The translations under genes were made by a program, and so were the position numbers. A stretch of DNA of 62,630 nt, counting the filler, from Circinaria calcarea (lineage: Eukaryota), in assembly GCA_051942165.1 (NCBI GenBank). It is 11 parts of 11 records of this genome, joined end to end, with 100 filler letters (N's around TTAATTAATTAA, not from the genome) between each part and the next. Parts side by side here need not be neighbours in the genome. Positions count along the whole stretch, not along the records: positions 45,658 to 51,251 come from JAVECS010001853.1; positions 51,352 to 56,943 come from JAVECS010001854.1; positions 57,044 to 62,630 come from JAVECS010001855.1; 8 more parts are not named here. One strand, 5' to 3'. Shown piece after piece: positions 49,047 through 61,749 of this stretch (positions within the stretch are counted from its first letter, which is position 1; each line of letters starts with the position of its first letter). The notes beneath the pieces were generated by a model. That model did not search any database, had not been told where the DNA came from, and saw only the letters and a program-made list of their open reading frames with translations.

Positions 49047-50605
49047 ATTGCGGCCCTCTGAGCATCTAGTTTCCGCAGGCTGGAATCGGTCCACAACAGA
49101 GCCGAGGCGGAAACCAGACACTGGCAACGTCCTCCAATAGTACACTCGGGTATTAAGGTTCGGAGATAAAAGGGGGCGACGAAATGGCTGATGGCCATGT
49201 AATGCTACACATAGGGTTGCACTACTGGAAGCCTTGTACGCCGTTGCCGTGGATTCTCTTCCCGGAAACGGCAAATTACGCCAGCGGCCCAAAATCGAAC
49301 CTTAGCACTACCCCATGACTCAGGTGGTTTGTAGTGTAGCCCTATTGTTAGTGGTGTAAGGCTATGGACCACCCCCCTTGGAACCCGGGAGCCATCATGT
49401 TTAATGACCCCGGCTAACTGACCCCTGCTCATCAGTCAATTGTGCCATCATCAGCGTACACTATCGGCGGCCTTGCCAAGCAAGGATTTAAACCGTATCT
49501 CCCCTACAGGTCAAACACCCCCCCTTCCAGGGTTCACTTTCCCCCAGCCCGGGCAACATCACACCTATCCAAACTTTCCAATCCTGTCCAAAATATCCGA
49601 CTTCTAGCGTAACAAAAATCAACCAAGTTCAGGGATTAATAACCTGCTTAGGGTTCCTAGAAATACTAACCGTTGATGATCTAGAGTTTTACAGAGGTTT
49701 ACAAGTCAGAGAGCAAACGAGATCACAAGGGGTGCGAGAAGAGGGCGCGATTTAGGAAAATCAGGACCTAAGGGAATACAGGGTGGGATGAGGCCGGCGA
49801 TATCTACGAAAAGGAGGCAGGGCACCCAAAGGGTTCATGAAACCCGTGGCGTCAGACCCGGATGTTTAGGTGGGGAAATTCTCGCGCTGAGTTCGTTGCC
49901 TCCTTACTCATGTGGAGCTTCGAGAAACTCCGGAGGAAAGCTTCATGGTAAGGGAAGGGAGGGAGAGGAGATATCACTCGAAGAGAAATTCGGGTATCCA
50001 ATGTTGGGCGCATGAGAGAAATAGTTCAGACGAAAAGGAAGTGGAAATCTTTTCCCGTCCCGGAAACATTTGAAACCGGACGAGGAAATCTTGGAGATTT
50101 GGGGGTTCAGAAGGCGGCATTTTATCATTCTGGCCCACAATGAATGGGAACAAAAACTCAACAGAACGACCCTTGGCGAACCGATGCACTTGTTGCCCAA
50201 CCTCATGAGATAGAAAACCACCTTCTGCCATCCACTTCATGCCCTTTTTACTTAGCGACCTCTGCTTAAAAAGACGTCAAGGAGGGAAAAAAGATGCGCC
50301 TGGCCTTCGTTCTACACATTATCTTTTGATCGGTAGAGCAGCACGTTTCTAGCGGTAAAGTCATTTATCGGAGTAGCCATAGCCCAGAAAATATTGACAG
50401 GGGATTCCGACATGTTGGAGAGAGAGGTAAAACAAAACCATTACGAGACATGCCGATTGCATGGACACTGCGAGATTTTTGCAAGTCGGGCGTTTGTAGA
50501 AAAAAACGAGGGGAAATGGGTCGGGTATCATAGAAAGCGAAGGCAACTTCTCGCAAATGGTGTTCGGGCAAAGATCAAGACCAATTGAGCCACCAAAAGA
50601 GTACA

Positions 50606-51251
50606 TTATCGCATCGCTTCGCTCTTTTCGTGCTCGGTCCTACTCGTCTCCCTTCGCAACGTAGACCCCTCACCCGATCCGTTCCTGGATACGGCTGGAC
50701 TGAGCACGGTGGGCGTGGACGTCTGACTGCCGTAATGTACGACTTGAGGGGGGAGCTGGCCGGTCTGAGTACCGAGAAGCGGATGCGGATACGGGTTCAG
50801 ATCTCGGCTGCTCGTGGAGAAGGTGCTCACTATTGGCGGACGTTTCTCTGCAGCGACGGTGTTGCCATTATTACTACTCTGCGCCGTGTTTCCGCTTGCA
50901 GGATCCAAGAGAGTAGGGCTCGAAGCGTTCAATTGCTCTGGCCCGACTGTATCAGGGGAGAGTAGACCTGGTTGGTCGCCTAGGCTACCTTCACGGCTAA
51001 AAGAAGTCCATCCACCTTCAATGTCACGCAAAAGACGCACATATTCTTCAGGCACCAGTCCAGATTCCCCGGTCTTTGGATCCTCCGCAACCAGCCAACC
51101 TTGACCGTGACGATACGAAACTAGAATTACTTGGCCCTCAACCAGAGGGAGTTCGTTCTCGTTTTCTCGGGCGAAATCAAAGAGTGCGACAGCCTTGCCG
51201 TGCATTTCTTCATCCGGTGAAGCGATTGTGAATTGATAGTCCCTCGAGAAA
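50606..51251 (-). CDS. NBP2: SH3 adaptor, NAP1-binding protein 2 (3' part)
   Basis: DYQFTIASPDEEMHGKAVALFDFARENENELPLVEGQVILVSYRHGQGWLVAEDPKTGESGLVPEEYV. Confidence 0.9.
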
Positions 51252-51351
51252 NNNNNNNNNNNNNNNNNNNNNNNNNNNNNNNNNNNNNNNNNNNNTTAAT
51301 TAATTAANNNNNNNNNNNNNNNNNNNNNNNNNNNNNNNNNNNNNNNNNNNN

Positions 51352-53152
51352 TGGAGCAGAGAAGCTTAAAGTCAAGGCCGCTGGTCCAGGGTTGAACGGT
51401 GAGGAAGTAGGACGGGAGCATGGTCGTGGCTTCAAGCTTCGGCCCGTGTCCGTGGCCGTCAAGGTTCTGAAATTCGTCGACGACGGAGGTGAGTATGCCG
51501 CCTTCCCAAGGGCGAACTTCTTCCGGGAAGGTAGCACCCGTCATGAGTGCTAAGAGATCGTCAGTAGGAGATCTGAATTAATCAAGGAAAGAGATTGGGG
51601 GAGCGAAACAGAGAGTAATCAACTTTATGATCCTCATAATAGGGCTCTTGTGAGACTAACTTGGATGCAAATGAAGATTCCGTCCAATTTGCGGATTCTT
51701 CAGACTACTTCGTAGTAGGAGTAATGGGCTTTGAAGGGTGCCACAAGAGACTATGACTCTCTTTGCTTTGATGATGACCTCACGTGCAGTCCTATCGCTG
51801 CCACTGACTCCTCTGTTACTATCTCTCGACTTCCATAGACCTTTGACGCCGACTGCGATTTTACTTTGCTTTGTCTCTTCGAATAGAATCCGGTCGACTT
51901 CAAATCCTTCTATAAATTTGGCACCTGCTTTCCCGGCATCTGGAAGGAAAGACACCACAGGACCTTGTTTTTCGGCCGAACCACATCCTAGCGAACAGTA
52001 ACCGCAATAATGTTTTGCTCCTCCTGTATTCTGAGGCACGGCTTTCACACTGTAGCCAAGCTTACGGGCTCCTTCCAACAACACACGATTGGTCTTGTTA
52101 TGCTCGATATGCTCCGTTGATACCCCCATGCGGGAACAGACTCGGTCAAGCGAGTTCTGATACTCGGATGAGGTGAAAAAGGGAAGCCCGCCGTCAGACC
52201 ATTCTTTTCGGACATACCCTTGGGTCTGTAGAGATGCAGACCAATTGACTGTACCACCTCCGCCCCAAGCTTGACCGGCGACTATTGCCATGCTGTTGTC
52301 GTCCGAGCCATCTACTCCGCCATTTTGAAACAAATGAACTCCAGCATCAGATTCAGACATGGGTAGATGTTCTGGTGGATAATGATAAGCTCTCTCCACA
52401 ACGATAACGCGATGGCCATCCTCTGCCAAGTTCTTTGCGCAAACACCGGCTCCGCAACCACTGCCCACAATCACCACATCAGTCTCGATGACTGCTGGTT
52501 CAGAACCTGGAGGGAACTCGATGAACCCATAATCAAAACCTTTACCCGGTTTTCCATGCACAGGGGCTCTCGGAAATCCAAGAACACGTCCTAGAGTAGG
52601 GCTTTGCTTGATCCATACAGACTTGAAAAGGAAGGAAAGTGCTTTTACGATTTGCCGTAATGGTGGCAAATATGATTGCGTCCAGTTTTGCAGAATCTGC
52701 TGCCGCGCATTCACTGGCTGTAGGTGAAAAGATATAGTTGAGCCTGTGATCAAGAGGCATCCTGCCCGAGTACTGAGGATGTGTCAGAAATAAGTATATA
52801 ACGTTACATCGCAGAATCAAGCCTACTCCAAAGCGGTTAAGATTACTGATATTCCCTTTCGTGCATCCTGTCTAATGAAATCATGTAACGTCCGATGTAT
52901 GAGAGCTTTCAGACCTGGGGTTGTGCTTGCCTGTTCACTCAAGTATGCGCCAGTCAGTTCTGCCTCAGCACCAGGCGGTAGGTTTTCCTTTAGCTTGGAA
53001 ATATTTGAGGAAGATAGTTCGAGAGAAGGGATGACGGTGTCCCCTATTGCCATGAGGGTTATCCATTGTGACGGTGTGAGTACATCATCTTCAGGCGGAG
53101 GCGGTAATGGGATTGCTAGAGGAGCGATAACACTCATTTGCTGGCTCGTCAT
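51352..53152 (-). CDS. FAO1: Long-chain fatty alcohol oxidase (GMC oxidoreductase), 3'-truncated
   Basis: DVVIVGSGCGAGV, GGGGTVNWSASLQ, HYCGYCSLGC, IGRNLHLHP and RPWEGGILT; two introns. Confidence 0.9.
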
Positions 53153-53906
53153 GGCCGATGCAGGGTGCGAGTCGGGGTTTGATATCCGATCAACAGAAAA
53201 TATACACAGATGATACAAGTAAATGACTCAAGTAGTTGGAAAGGACCATGAAAGCGTTCTCCGGATGGGACCTTAGCTAACATATGATTGAATAGTACAG
53301 ATTCATTGCTAATAAAAACAGATAGGGGCTCGTACGATTCTCCCCTTCATGTCCGCGGCTACGGCTGCACGTTTATCCTTGCCGCTTGTAAGGCTGCAGG
53401 GTTGGGGGTCACCTACCAGCTGACTCTGCTCCTCCATTACTGCCCGACTGGTATGATAAGCTCCTGGAGGAATATTGCAAATGTGGAATAAGTGCGTAAA
53501 AATTCCTATTGAGAAGTGACAGGACCGGGGATCTCACTCACAGCCCTACGCATACGAAGTGGCCTGAGCCCGGAGACCATCGGATGTGCCGCCTCTCTAT
53601 CAGGCTGTACGGGGAACTGCGGTTCCACTTCTTACCAGTTTCATGCAGAGGTGAACTCTAAGTACCAGATAGGCTAGTAATCCTTGAAGAAACCACTTGC
53701 AATACTCTAGGCTGTGGGCGCAGCAACCATGCTTTCAACAGACAGGTACAAGTTTGATTTCATCCTAGATCAAGTATTCCCACATACTCGTATATAGCTG
53801 GTGCATGTATAGTTGTTCACATTGGAGCTTTCTCGCTCTTTTGGTGCTATTTCCGAGCGGTAAGGGCATGTTCTGATGAGTACCGCGTGTCTCTTATATA
53901 AATGGG

Positions 53907-54128
53907 CAGGGCCGCCAGTAGTCCAGACAGTCCAGCTTAACAGTCCAAAACATATGTGGAAATTGCAGGCAAACAAGGCGTTGACTGGGAAACATATACG
54001 CACGTGCTAATTTCTGCTACGTGCATATATGTTTCCCAGTCAACGCCCTACTTGCCTGCAATTTCCACACATGTTTCGGACTGTTAAGCTGGACTGTCAG
54101 TCCACAGTCCGGACTACTGGCGGCGCTG
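53907..54128. mobile_element. hAT-type fold-back MITE (222 bp) with 8-bp TSD TAAATGGG
   Basis: CAG...CTG termini; ~100-bp inverted arms with a short loop; TAAATGGG at 53899-53906 and 54129-54136. Confidence 0.88.
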
Positions 54129-54278
54129 TAAATGGGGCGAATCAGCTCTCTGTTTCAACCGCCTCTCTTGTGCATCATTAATCTCGTGCAAGGTTGTGGT
54201 AAGTAAGCATTGTTGTAGGAGAATACAGTAAGTCTTAACATAACACCATTGCTATTTCATCATGTCATCACGAACCAG

Positions 54279-56156
54279 ATGTTACTGAAAATTTCCAATT
54301 ACCAAATGAACTCTACCCAGCATTCGGCATCAAGGCCCTGTCCAAGCTCTAGCGAAACTAGTTACCGGCCTCCAGGGAATACTAGCCCACTAAATATTTC
54401 TCAGGAGGGTCTCGAGGTCGTACAGGCTCAAGCGCCGGATGACGGTATACAGGTCGTCTTTCGCGACGACGGGATACAAGTAGCATTTCACGAATCGAAG
54501 ACCAACTCACGCATATACCCTCAGCGCGCAACAGGAAGAGAAGAGAAAGAAGCAATTCCACAGCCTGATTATACTACTCACCCACGCCTTCAAACCGGCT
54601 TAGCGACTGCCACTCCAAACTCCAGATGGAAAGCTTTTCCAAAATCGCGTCGGATCATAGTCCTTATCATGCTCATCCTCGTAGTCGTTCCGGCTACCGT
54701 GATACCTCTGGTTGTTATTTTCAAACCTCGTAAAAATGTGAGAGAATCAAACATGTAAGCTACTACATTTCTGATGCTCAACTGAAACTGGATCACGGAT
54801 GTTATGATAATCGAACCACAGTCCAATCACAAACCCTAGACAAAGCACTATGCCGAGTTCCAGACCGAGTCAAATACCGAGCTCTCTACCAAGCTCTCTA
54901 CCCAGCTCTACACCCAGCTTTACAAACACTGCGCTATTGCCTAGCACTTCTGGTATTACCAATTCACCAAACCAGCACCTCTCGACATCCGGCGCTTTCA
55001 ACGGCTCAGGCCTCGCGACATCAACCGGTACCAGTGAGCGCGACCGAATACAGTTGTTTTACCAAGCTTTCACAGGCGACCTGACAGTTGCTGCGTATAG
55101 TAAGTCAGGTGGTTGGCGAAAAAGTCGGAGTTTAGGGGCGAGGAATGTATTCAACACAACCTCATTGGCAGCTGTATGCTATGAAACAGGTGACGTCAAT
55201 GTTGTTAGTGCTATATTTACCAAGAGAAGCGTGACAATGCTAATCATCAGAAGTGTCGAATGATTTACTTAGATCTGTCGGGCTCGCTGCAAGATATAAT
55301 TACAACAAATATCACTAATTCTTGGAGTCCTGGGAATATCGGAAGCTACAATTTCAAAGCTCCTTTAATACAACGTATCGGGCTGCTGGTATTGGAGAGT
55401 GCCTATTACGGAATCGGCCAAACTGGTGGCGGCCTTCGCTTATATGTTGCAAATGAGCAGGGTCTAATTCAGGAATACGGATACGACGCACAGACTGATT
55501 CATGGGCCAGCGGATTCACCTTTCCCGAGAGCAACGGATATGGTGGTGTTAGCAGTGAATACCGGTCTGATAAAGTAACAACGCTCTACCTAGTCAATAA
55601 AAATAGTAAGCTGGAGTATTGGTGGCGGGACTGGGATGAAGATTCAACATTCCCCTCAGGATCTTGGAATAAAGGTAAATTGGAACCCATTTCACCCGAA
55701 TACTCGGTCCATTTTTTCTTCCATGTTTTCGACTGGAGTCCTGTCATGGCTGCTGACGTACGTGGTGTATCAATCAATACTGCACGAACAATACTGCACG
55801 AACAATATTCTAACATTATTCTAGGAGCAGATACTCTAATAGCAGTACATCCGAACTCCTCTATCGTAGTGGATTGGATTTATCACAAGATCTACTATCA
55901 AGAGAACAACTTTGCAATCAATGGAATTTCTTACTCTGGTTATAAGGATACCTTCCGATGGGATTCTCCGAATAATCCCGTTACCCGACAAGCAACTCCA
56001 GGCACAGCAATAGGATGGGGTTGGTTCTCCCCTAATGCTGACAACGGGAGCCCGTACCTCGCAACTTTATACTTTCAGACGAACGGGAGCAACGTTGCTG
56101 AATATGGTAATTTCGACTCGAGTTGGAAGGAGCTTGGTGATATCGCACTGGGATAG
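54279..56156 (+). CDS. Type II membrane-anchored fungal fucose-lectin-like beta-propeller protein (4 exons)
   Basis: Cytosolic N-terminus, TM helix IIVLIMLILVVVPATVIPLVVIF, S/P stalk, then SGAFNGSGLA, IQLFYQ, LQD..., LRLYV, IQEYGY and LYFQTNG blades. Confidence 0.8.
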
Positions 56157-57043
56157 ATAACTTTAGCGGGGCCCACTTCATCTGCTCTTTAAAGCAATCC
56201 AATGCAATGTTTAACCGGACTAAAACGAAGTACTACCTGATGTGTTAACCTAGTACCATGGTGATCGATATTTTATCCCAATTATAAATGACATGGTAGC
56301 GCTACCGAACCTCCGGACCCGTTGGTATCTTTCCACTAAAGCAGCTCTGGGACCAAAACATCTTGCTATTGAGAAGCTGGCCGGCATTTATACGCTCGGT
56401 AGACCCATTACTTCAAGAGACGGACTTCGTATTGAATAATGGTAAGGATAATCCAGTATAGCTTTTATGTATTTTATAAAGCTTTTAATAAGCTTATAAT
56501 GGGTTATTTAATGACTTGCTACTTGCTAATTGCCAGCTCTAAAGCCTTATTGCCTATTAATTGCTGAGATCCCACCTCGACTTAGGTTCCCTCCAAGCAG
56601 GAGGATTCCTTTTACTATTTCATAGGCACAGCGAACATTGTGGACGGTGACTACTCACTAAACATCCTCCACTAAGTTTGCATAAACTCTTCGATACCAA
56701 GGAGTTGGATGTCTGTACGGTGCGGGCTGTACTATTGATAGGTCTGTATCAACTGGCCATTCAAGGTAGTGTAACCTACAAGACCTATTGATGCATGGTG
56801 GCAGGTATGTACGGAGTAATCCATGCATTTGGGAAAAGGGAAACAGTCATAAAACAATCCCGGAGGCAGAACAGGCCGTGGGCGGTCCAAGGTGCTTCCA
56901 GGACGTTACACAGCTTTTTAACCCACTAGCGCCGACAAAAGACNNNNNNNNNNNNNNNNNNNNNNNNNNNNNNNNNNNNNNNNNNNNTTAATTAATTAAN
57001 NNNNNNNNNNNNNNNNNNNNNNNNNNNNNNNNNNNNNNNNNNN

Positions 57044-57785
57044 GGGTACCCTATTTTTAAGCCCGGGGTAAGTGGGGTGGGGTATTGAGAACACTGAACA
57101 GCGTGTCCCACATCTCGTCTCAGCGGGTGTCGGTTCCGCGGAGCGGGTGGAGAAAGATCGTGGTGGCGTTGAGGGAGATTTCTGCGCAACAGCTGCTGTA
57201 GTAATGGTTGGACTCTTTCTTCCTGGTCCTGTAATAGAGAGTGGTGGTGCCATAGGAGAGGGCTATCGTGCCATCTTCGACAGAGTCCGCTTCCTTGCGC
57301 CAGCGTAATTTGCAATGATGTCGGAGCTTGCCGTTGGAAAGGGCTTAGTCGAGATCATCAAAAGCTTTGTATACTGCGTCTAGGCCTAAATTCCTAAACT
57401 TGAGTAAGAAAAAGAGGGTTCCTAGACGGTTGATAGCGGCACCGGCAGCTGGTGTTATTGGAGAAAGGGGATCGAGATAACATTCGAGATCGATAGTAGC
57501 TCGTTCTGCCTCGGAAATGCCGTGTTTGATCTGAGTGTAATCGGTAATCTCGAAGCCGCCTTCAGGCCCCGAGTTTGAAATCTCTTTCTGGCCATAAGTG
57601 ATTATCTCCTCTCTAGAAGGCCCGGCGTAAATGGCCGCTAACGCTGCAGGATCAACAGGGTAAGGAGTCCTGTGAAATACTACGGGATCTCTCAGGGCTG
57701 TCTCGTAACGTTTGGTGTCAAGTATTTTTGTTTCTGAGAAACCAAAGCAGGGATTGCAGAGGTAGTTATAAGCAGAGCCTGCCAT
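57044..57785 (-). pseudogene. SprT-like metalloprotease-related pseudogene
   Basis: The ORF continues in frame through stops: KAFDDLD*ALSNGKLRHHCKLRW...AEISLNATTIF...R*DEMWDTLF. No HExxH is seen. Confidence 0.45.
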
Positions 57786-60145
57786 TGGATTTGGTTCGGG
57801 CTTGAAACTGGTCTGTGTCCTGTTAGCTTATTTGTTTACAGTTGCAGGGGTTCTAACTCACTGCTTTCATGTGCCCTTCGAGGCGTTCGGGGAGTGTGGG
57901 ATGGCTAGATCAGGGATGATAGTCCAAAGAAGAATTGATTATAAATAGAGAAGTGCGTAGAAAATAAGGCAAAAGTGTTAAAAAGGCATGTCCTGCTTTT
58001 GTCGAGTTTTCACGCTCAGTAATATGTAGTACCCAACACAGTTGAGGCAAGGGTATATAGATGGTTGACCACAGCCGAATTATTAAATTAAGAAATTAAT
58101 AGTTATAACGCAAGTATCTCTGTTTGAAAATCTTAAAGTCTTGATATAAACAAAAGGAAGTAATCTTATTACATACAATGCGAAACACTACGACTTTGAT
58201 ATGATCTTTCTGGCCGATAATTACATTATCATATTTATGATTTCGGGAAGCAAGTCAACTCAGCTCTGACTGCCAGATGAAGAAAAGCATCTTCTTTATA
58301 AATTAGCTGGCTACCTGAAGACATAGAGCCTGCATTGGGTATAAATAGAATATAAGTATTTCACATAATTCTTGATATGCGATGTACTCCCGTGTCACTG
58401 ATAGATAGGTCCATCATGAAGGATAGCAGAGGCGATGAAGTCACGACGAGATATGAACTTATATTAGATGTGGAATCGGACTAGACGATTTAATAATAGG
58501 TATTTAAGTGTATGCTTCCGGTATACAGACTTCTCGAATAAAGACAGCCAGCATTTCAGAATAAACTGATATGTCCAAAGGTCATTGACTACCTTAGGTT
58601 TGTATTGCGTACACGATAATAAGGCGATGTTCTCTCTGTCTATATACCGCGAATCTAAATATAGTCGTAATAAAATAAGGAAGCAAGAGCTCTAGGATAG
58701 ACTCAAGGAATTACAAACGACTTGTCGAAATATATATATCTTTTAGGTATGGATAGATCGAGAGAAGAGATTCCTCTCATGACAATCAGTAGGCACTCGG
58801 CTTTTTCGCAAAGGCCAAAAGCAGCGTGGTCTGACACTGTTTCCAAAGAAATATGTTCTGATTTTCGATACGAAAAGTATGAACAATGGCCCAGGGTAGA
58901 GGAGGGTTTAAGTTACATGATGCCCAGTGCTTGCCCAAACTCAAAGTTTCTAGCACAACGTAAGCGTCTAGTAGACAGCAGAGCGGAAATGATCGTATAG
59001 ATGTTGTGCTTACTGGCAGACTCCGTGAGGGTAATGATAATAACTACTGTACTCACCATATGCTTGGTTTTTTTGGGCGATGTGATTAGGACAACCGATA
59101 AACTAATTAGCGGTTATAAACACCACAGCCATGTACAACTATCCCCCATTTTATCGGCCCCCGTGCAATCGTGTGAGCTATTTAGGTGTTTATTATTAGA
59201 AGTTTGCTTTATCTTGCATGGTAGCCCGGTACCAACACGTCAAGCCTGATGTCATAAATTTCAGGGAGTAGTGCCGATGCGAAGTCACACTTGAGAGGTA
59301 AAATAGGCGAGAGACCCCCACAGAAAGGAGGTGCTTTACAGGGAGGGCGCTACATCTTCAACAGGCTGCACGGTATGACCGGAATGTATGTATAGATAAG
59401 TGCTACTGAAATACTCTGGTGACAGTTGGGGGGTTCAGTTTTCCTTTGTTATGCTCAGAGGATGTCAGGTAGGCCCGGAATAATTGTTCTTCCAGCCAAT
59501 CAATACCTCGTCTGCAAGGCCACCCCCGCCTTTCCTTATATAGCTCCATTGTACATCCACAACGGAACTATATTATGCTAGTGGACCTAGTGTGGCCAAT
59601 ACGAATGCACAGTTTTTGCCAGCTTGCCCCCCGTGTTTTACAGTATCGGGCTTAGCCCATCGGTGCCGTGCTCCCGAGCATAACAAATTTCCTAGCCCCC
59701 CAACTATGAAACACCGTGTATGTGTGATATGTGTGTCCAGTGTAATGCGTGTGAGAGAGGACTCGGGGGGTCGCTGAGATATGGAGCGAAAGGCGCACCC
59801 AATTAGCGCTGCTCCCCTACGATCTTCTCCATACGCTCCAATCATAACATTCGCTTGTTTTGGGCTGGCACGCTGGTTCGGCAAAGCCAGTTCTCGCCCA
59901 CCGGTAGGAGGCTTGGCAGGGAGCTTGTTGAAGGCTGGGGCGAAGGAGCTGGTGTTGGACCAAGGATCAGTAGTGACAGTTTCGCAGTCGGGGACATTCC
60001 GCTGAGAGGATTTGATATTCCTGCATGCTAGCACCTTTTGCAGTGACTTGCTCCATCGGGTGCCCCCTCGAGCCTCGTTATCTTTTCTCAATAAAGCTCA
60101 GTATGTCTTGCCCTTAAGACTGTACTATTAACCTCAGTTTGCTCT

Positions 60146-61749
60146 ATGGATCAGAATACTAATAAACTGGGCAGAGGAACCTACCGCCCGACAGAGGATT
60201 CCGCGAGTCGTCCGGACGGAAGCAACTCACCTCGCCATTGGGATGATGATGGCTTACAACTTGCTCCGTCCGAGTATGTCTTAGATCAAGAATCTGGATT
60301 GCAGGTGGTAGAGGGACAGGGAAAGGAAGCTACCTTGAACTCGGGTCAAGAGAAAGAAGTTGTTTATGACCAAGTTTCTCAACCTGGGCTCCAACCTTAT
60401 CGCCACGCCGCGGTGGAAAGTAACCCAACTAAGAAGAAGAAATCAATATCACGGAAATGGGTATTCGCTGCTGCCATAGTCATCGTCATTATCGTGGTTG
60501 CTATTGTAGTCGCCGTTGTGGAAACCCGGAAGCGCGGCGGGAGTACAAACAGTTCACCCGGGTCCTCACCGAATTCGACGAATGATGGATCATTAAGTTC
60601 GCCAAATGATGATGTCGAGGTGTCGACCACAGGGGCATACCGGGGTACAGGCTTAGCAGTCATGGCCCTCCCGCTCACCCCTGTCGATCGAGCTTGGCTC
60701 ATCTATCAACGCTACACTGGCGATTTAATGCTCGTTAGATACAGCAATACTGGCACTTGGCAGAGCCCTGAGAAACTCGCAGTCCTAGATGCATTGAAGG
60801 GGACTTCAATAGCAACAGCAGCATTTCAACTAGCTAATGTGACAAGTGTGAGTTTTCTTTGGCAGCTACCTTGAAACTGCCAGCTGACGTATTCAGTGGT
60901 ACGTATTCTACGTTGACACAACTGGAATCTTGCAAGATCTTATTCGAACCAACGAGACGAATGCTTGGAACAAGGGCACCCTCGGAAATCTAAATCACAA
61001 TGCTTCAACAATCCCTGGCGGCGCGCTATTTGCACACTTCAGTAGCGTTTACTATAGCGTTACCCGTAACGTAGGCGGTGGTATACGGCTTTTCGCCAAC
61101 GACGGCAGCAGTGGCAACGTTGTCGAAATCTCTTATGACTACGCTAGTAACACATGGGAAAAAGGCATGCAATTTGATAACAGCAACGGTCGCGCAGGTG
61201 TAGAGGTATCCCACCTTTGGGAACTATCCACGCTGACCCTCATGAATCGGCGAAATAAACTGGAGACATGGTCGTGGTCGAGCTTACAAAACACCACCAA
61301 AAATGATTTCCCGAGAGGCAACTGGATAAAAGGTAGGTGGTCTCCTCCATCACCGTACTGGAACAGCTTTAATCGGAACGAGCCTAAATGTTTGCTATTC
61401 TTTAGGTCCAGAAGCCCCCGTATCTCTTCTCAATAACTCCTCTATTAGCGGCTTCATTTTTGGCAACGATTCCATCTGGTATCAAGATCAAACAGGTAAC
61501 CTCACCGGCATTGGTCATAATGGCAATGCAGACAACTACCGTTGGGAAAGCCCGTTTGGTGTCAATGGCGGCACCAAAGCTTTGACCCCAACCCAAATCG
61601 CTAGTGGTGCATTTCCTCCGCCTACGAATCTTTCAGCGCCCTCCGAGCTACATGTGTATTTTCAGACCAACGGAACGAACATCTGGGACTATACAAAGCG
61701 CTCCGATGGTTGGAGTACAGACCTCGTTTCCGTTATTTACTCCGATTGA
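60146..61749 (+). CDS. Type II membrane-anchored fungal fucose-lectin-like beta-propeller protein (3 exons)
   Basis: TM helix WVFAAAIVIVIIVVAIVVAVV, S/N stalk, TGAYRGTGLA, LIYQRYTGDL, LQDLIRTN, IRLFA and LHVYFQTNG; introns at about 60848-60896 and 61332-61405. Confidence 0.82.

Noticed and set aside
5617..57043. Regularly spaced TTAATTAATTAA motif as a biological repeat or CRISPR-like array
   Set aside because: It is always embedded in 44+44 Ns and is a six-frame-stop assembly linker.
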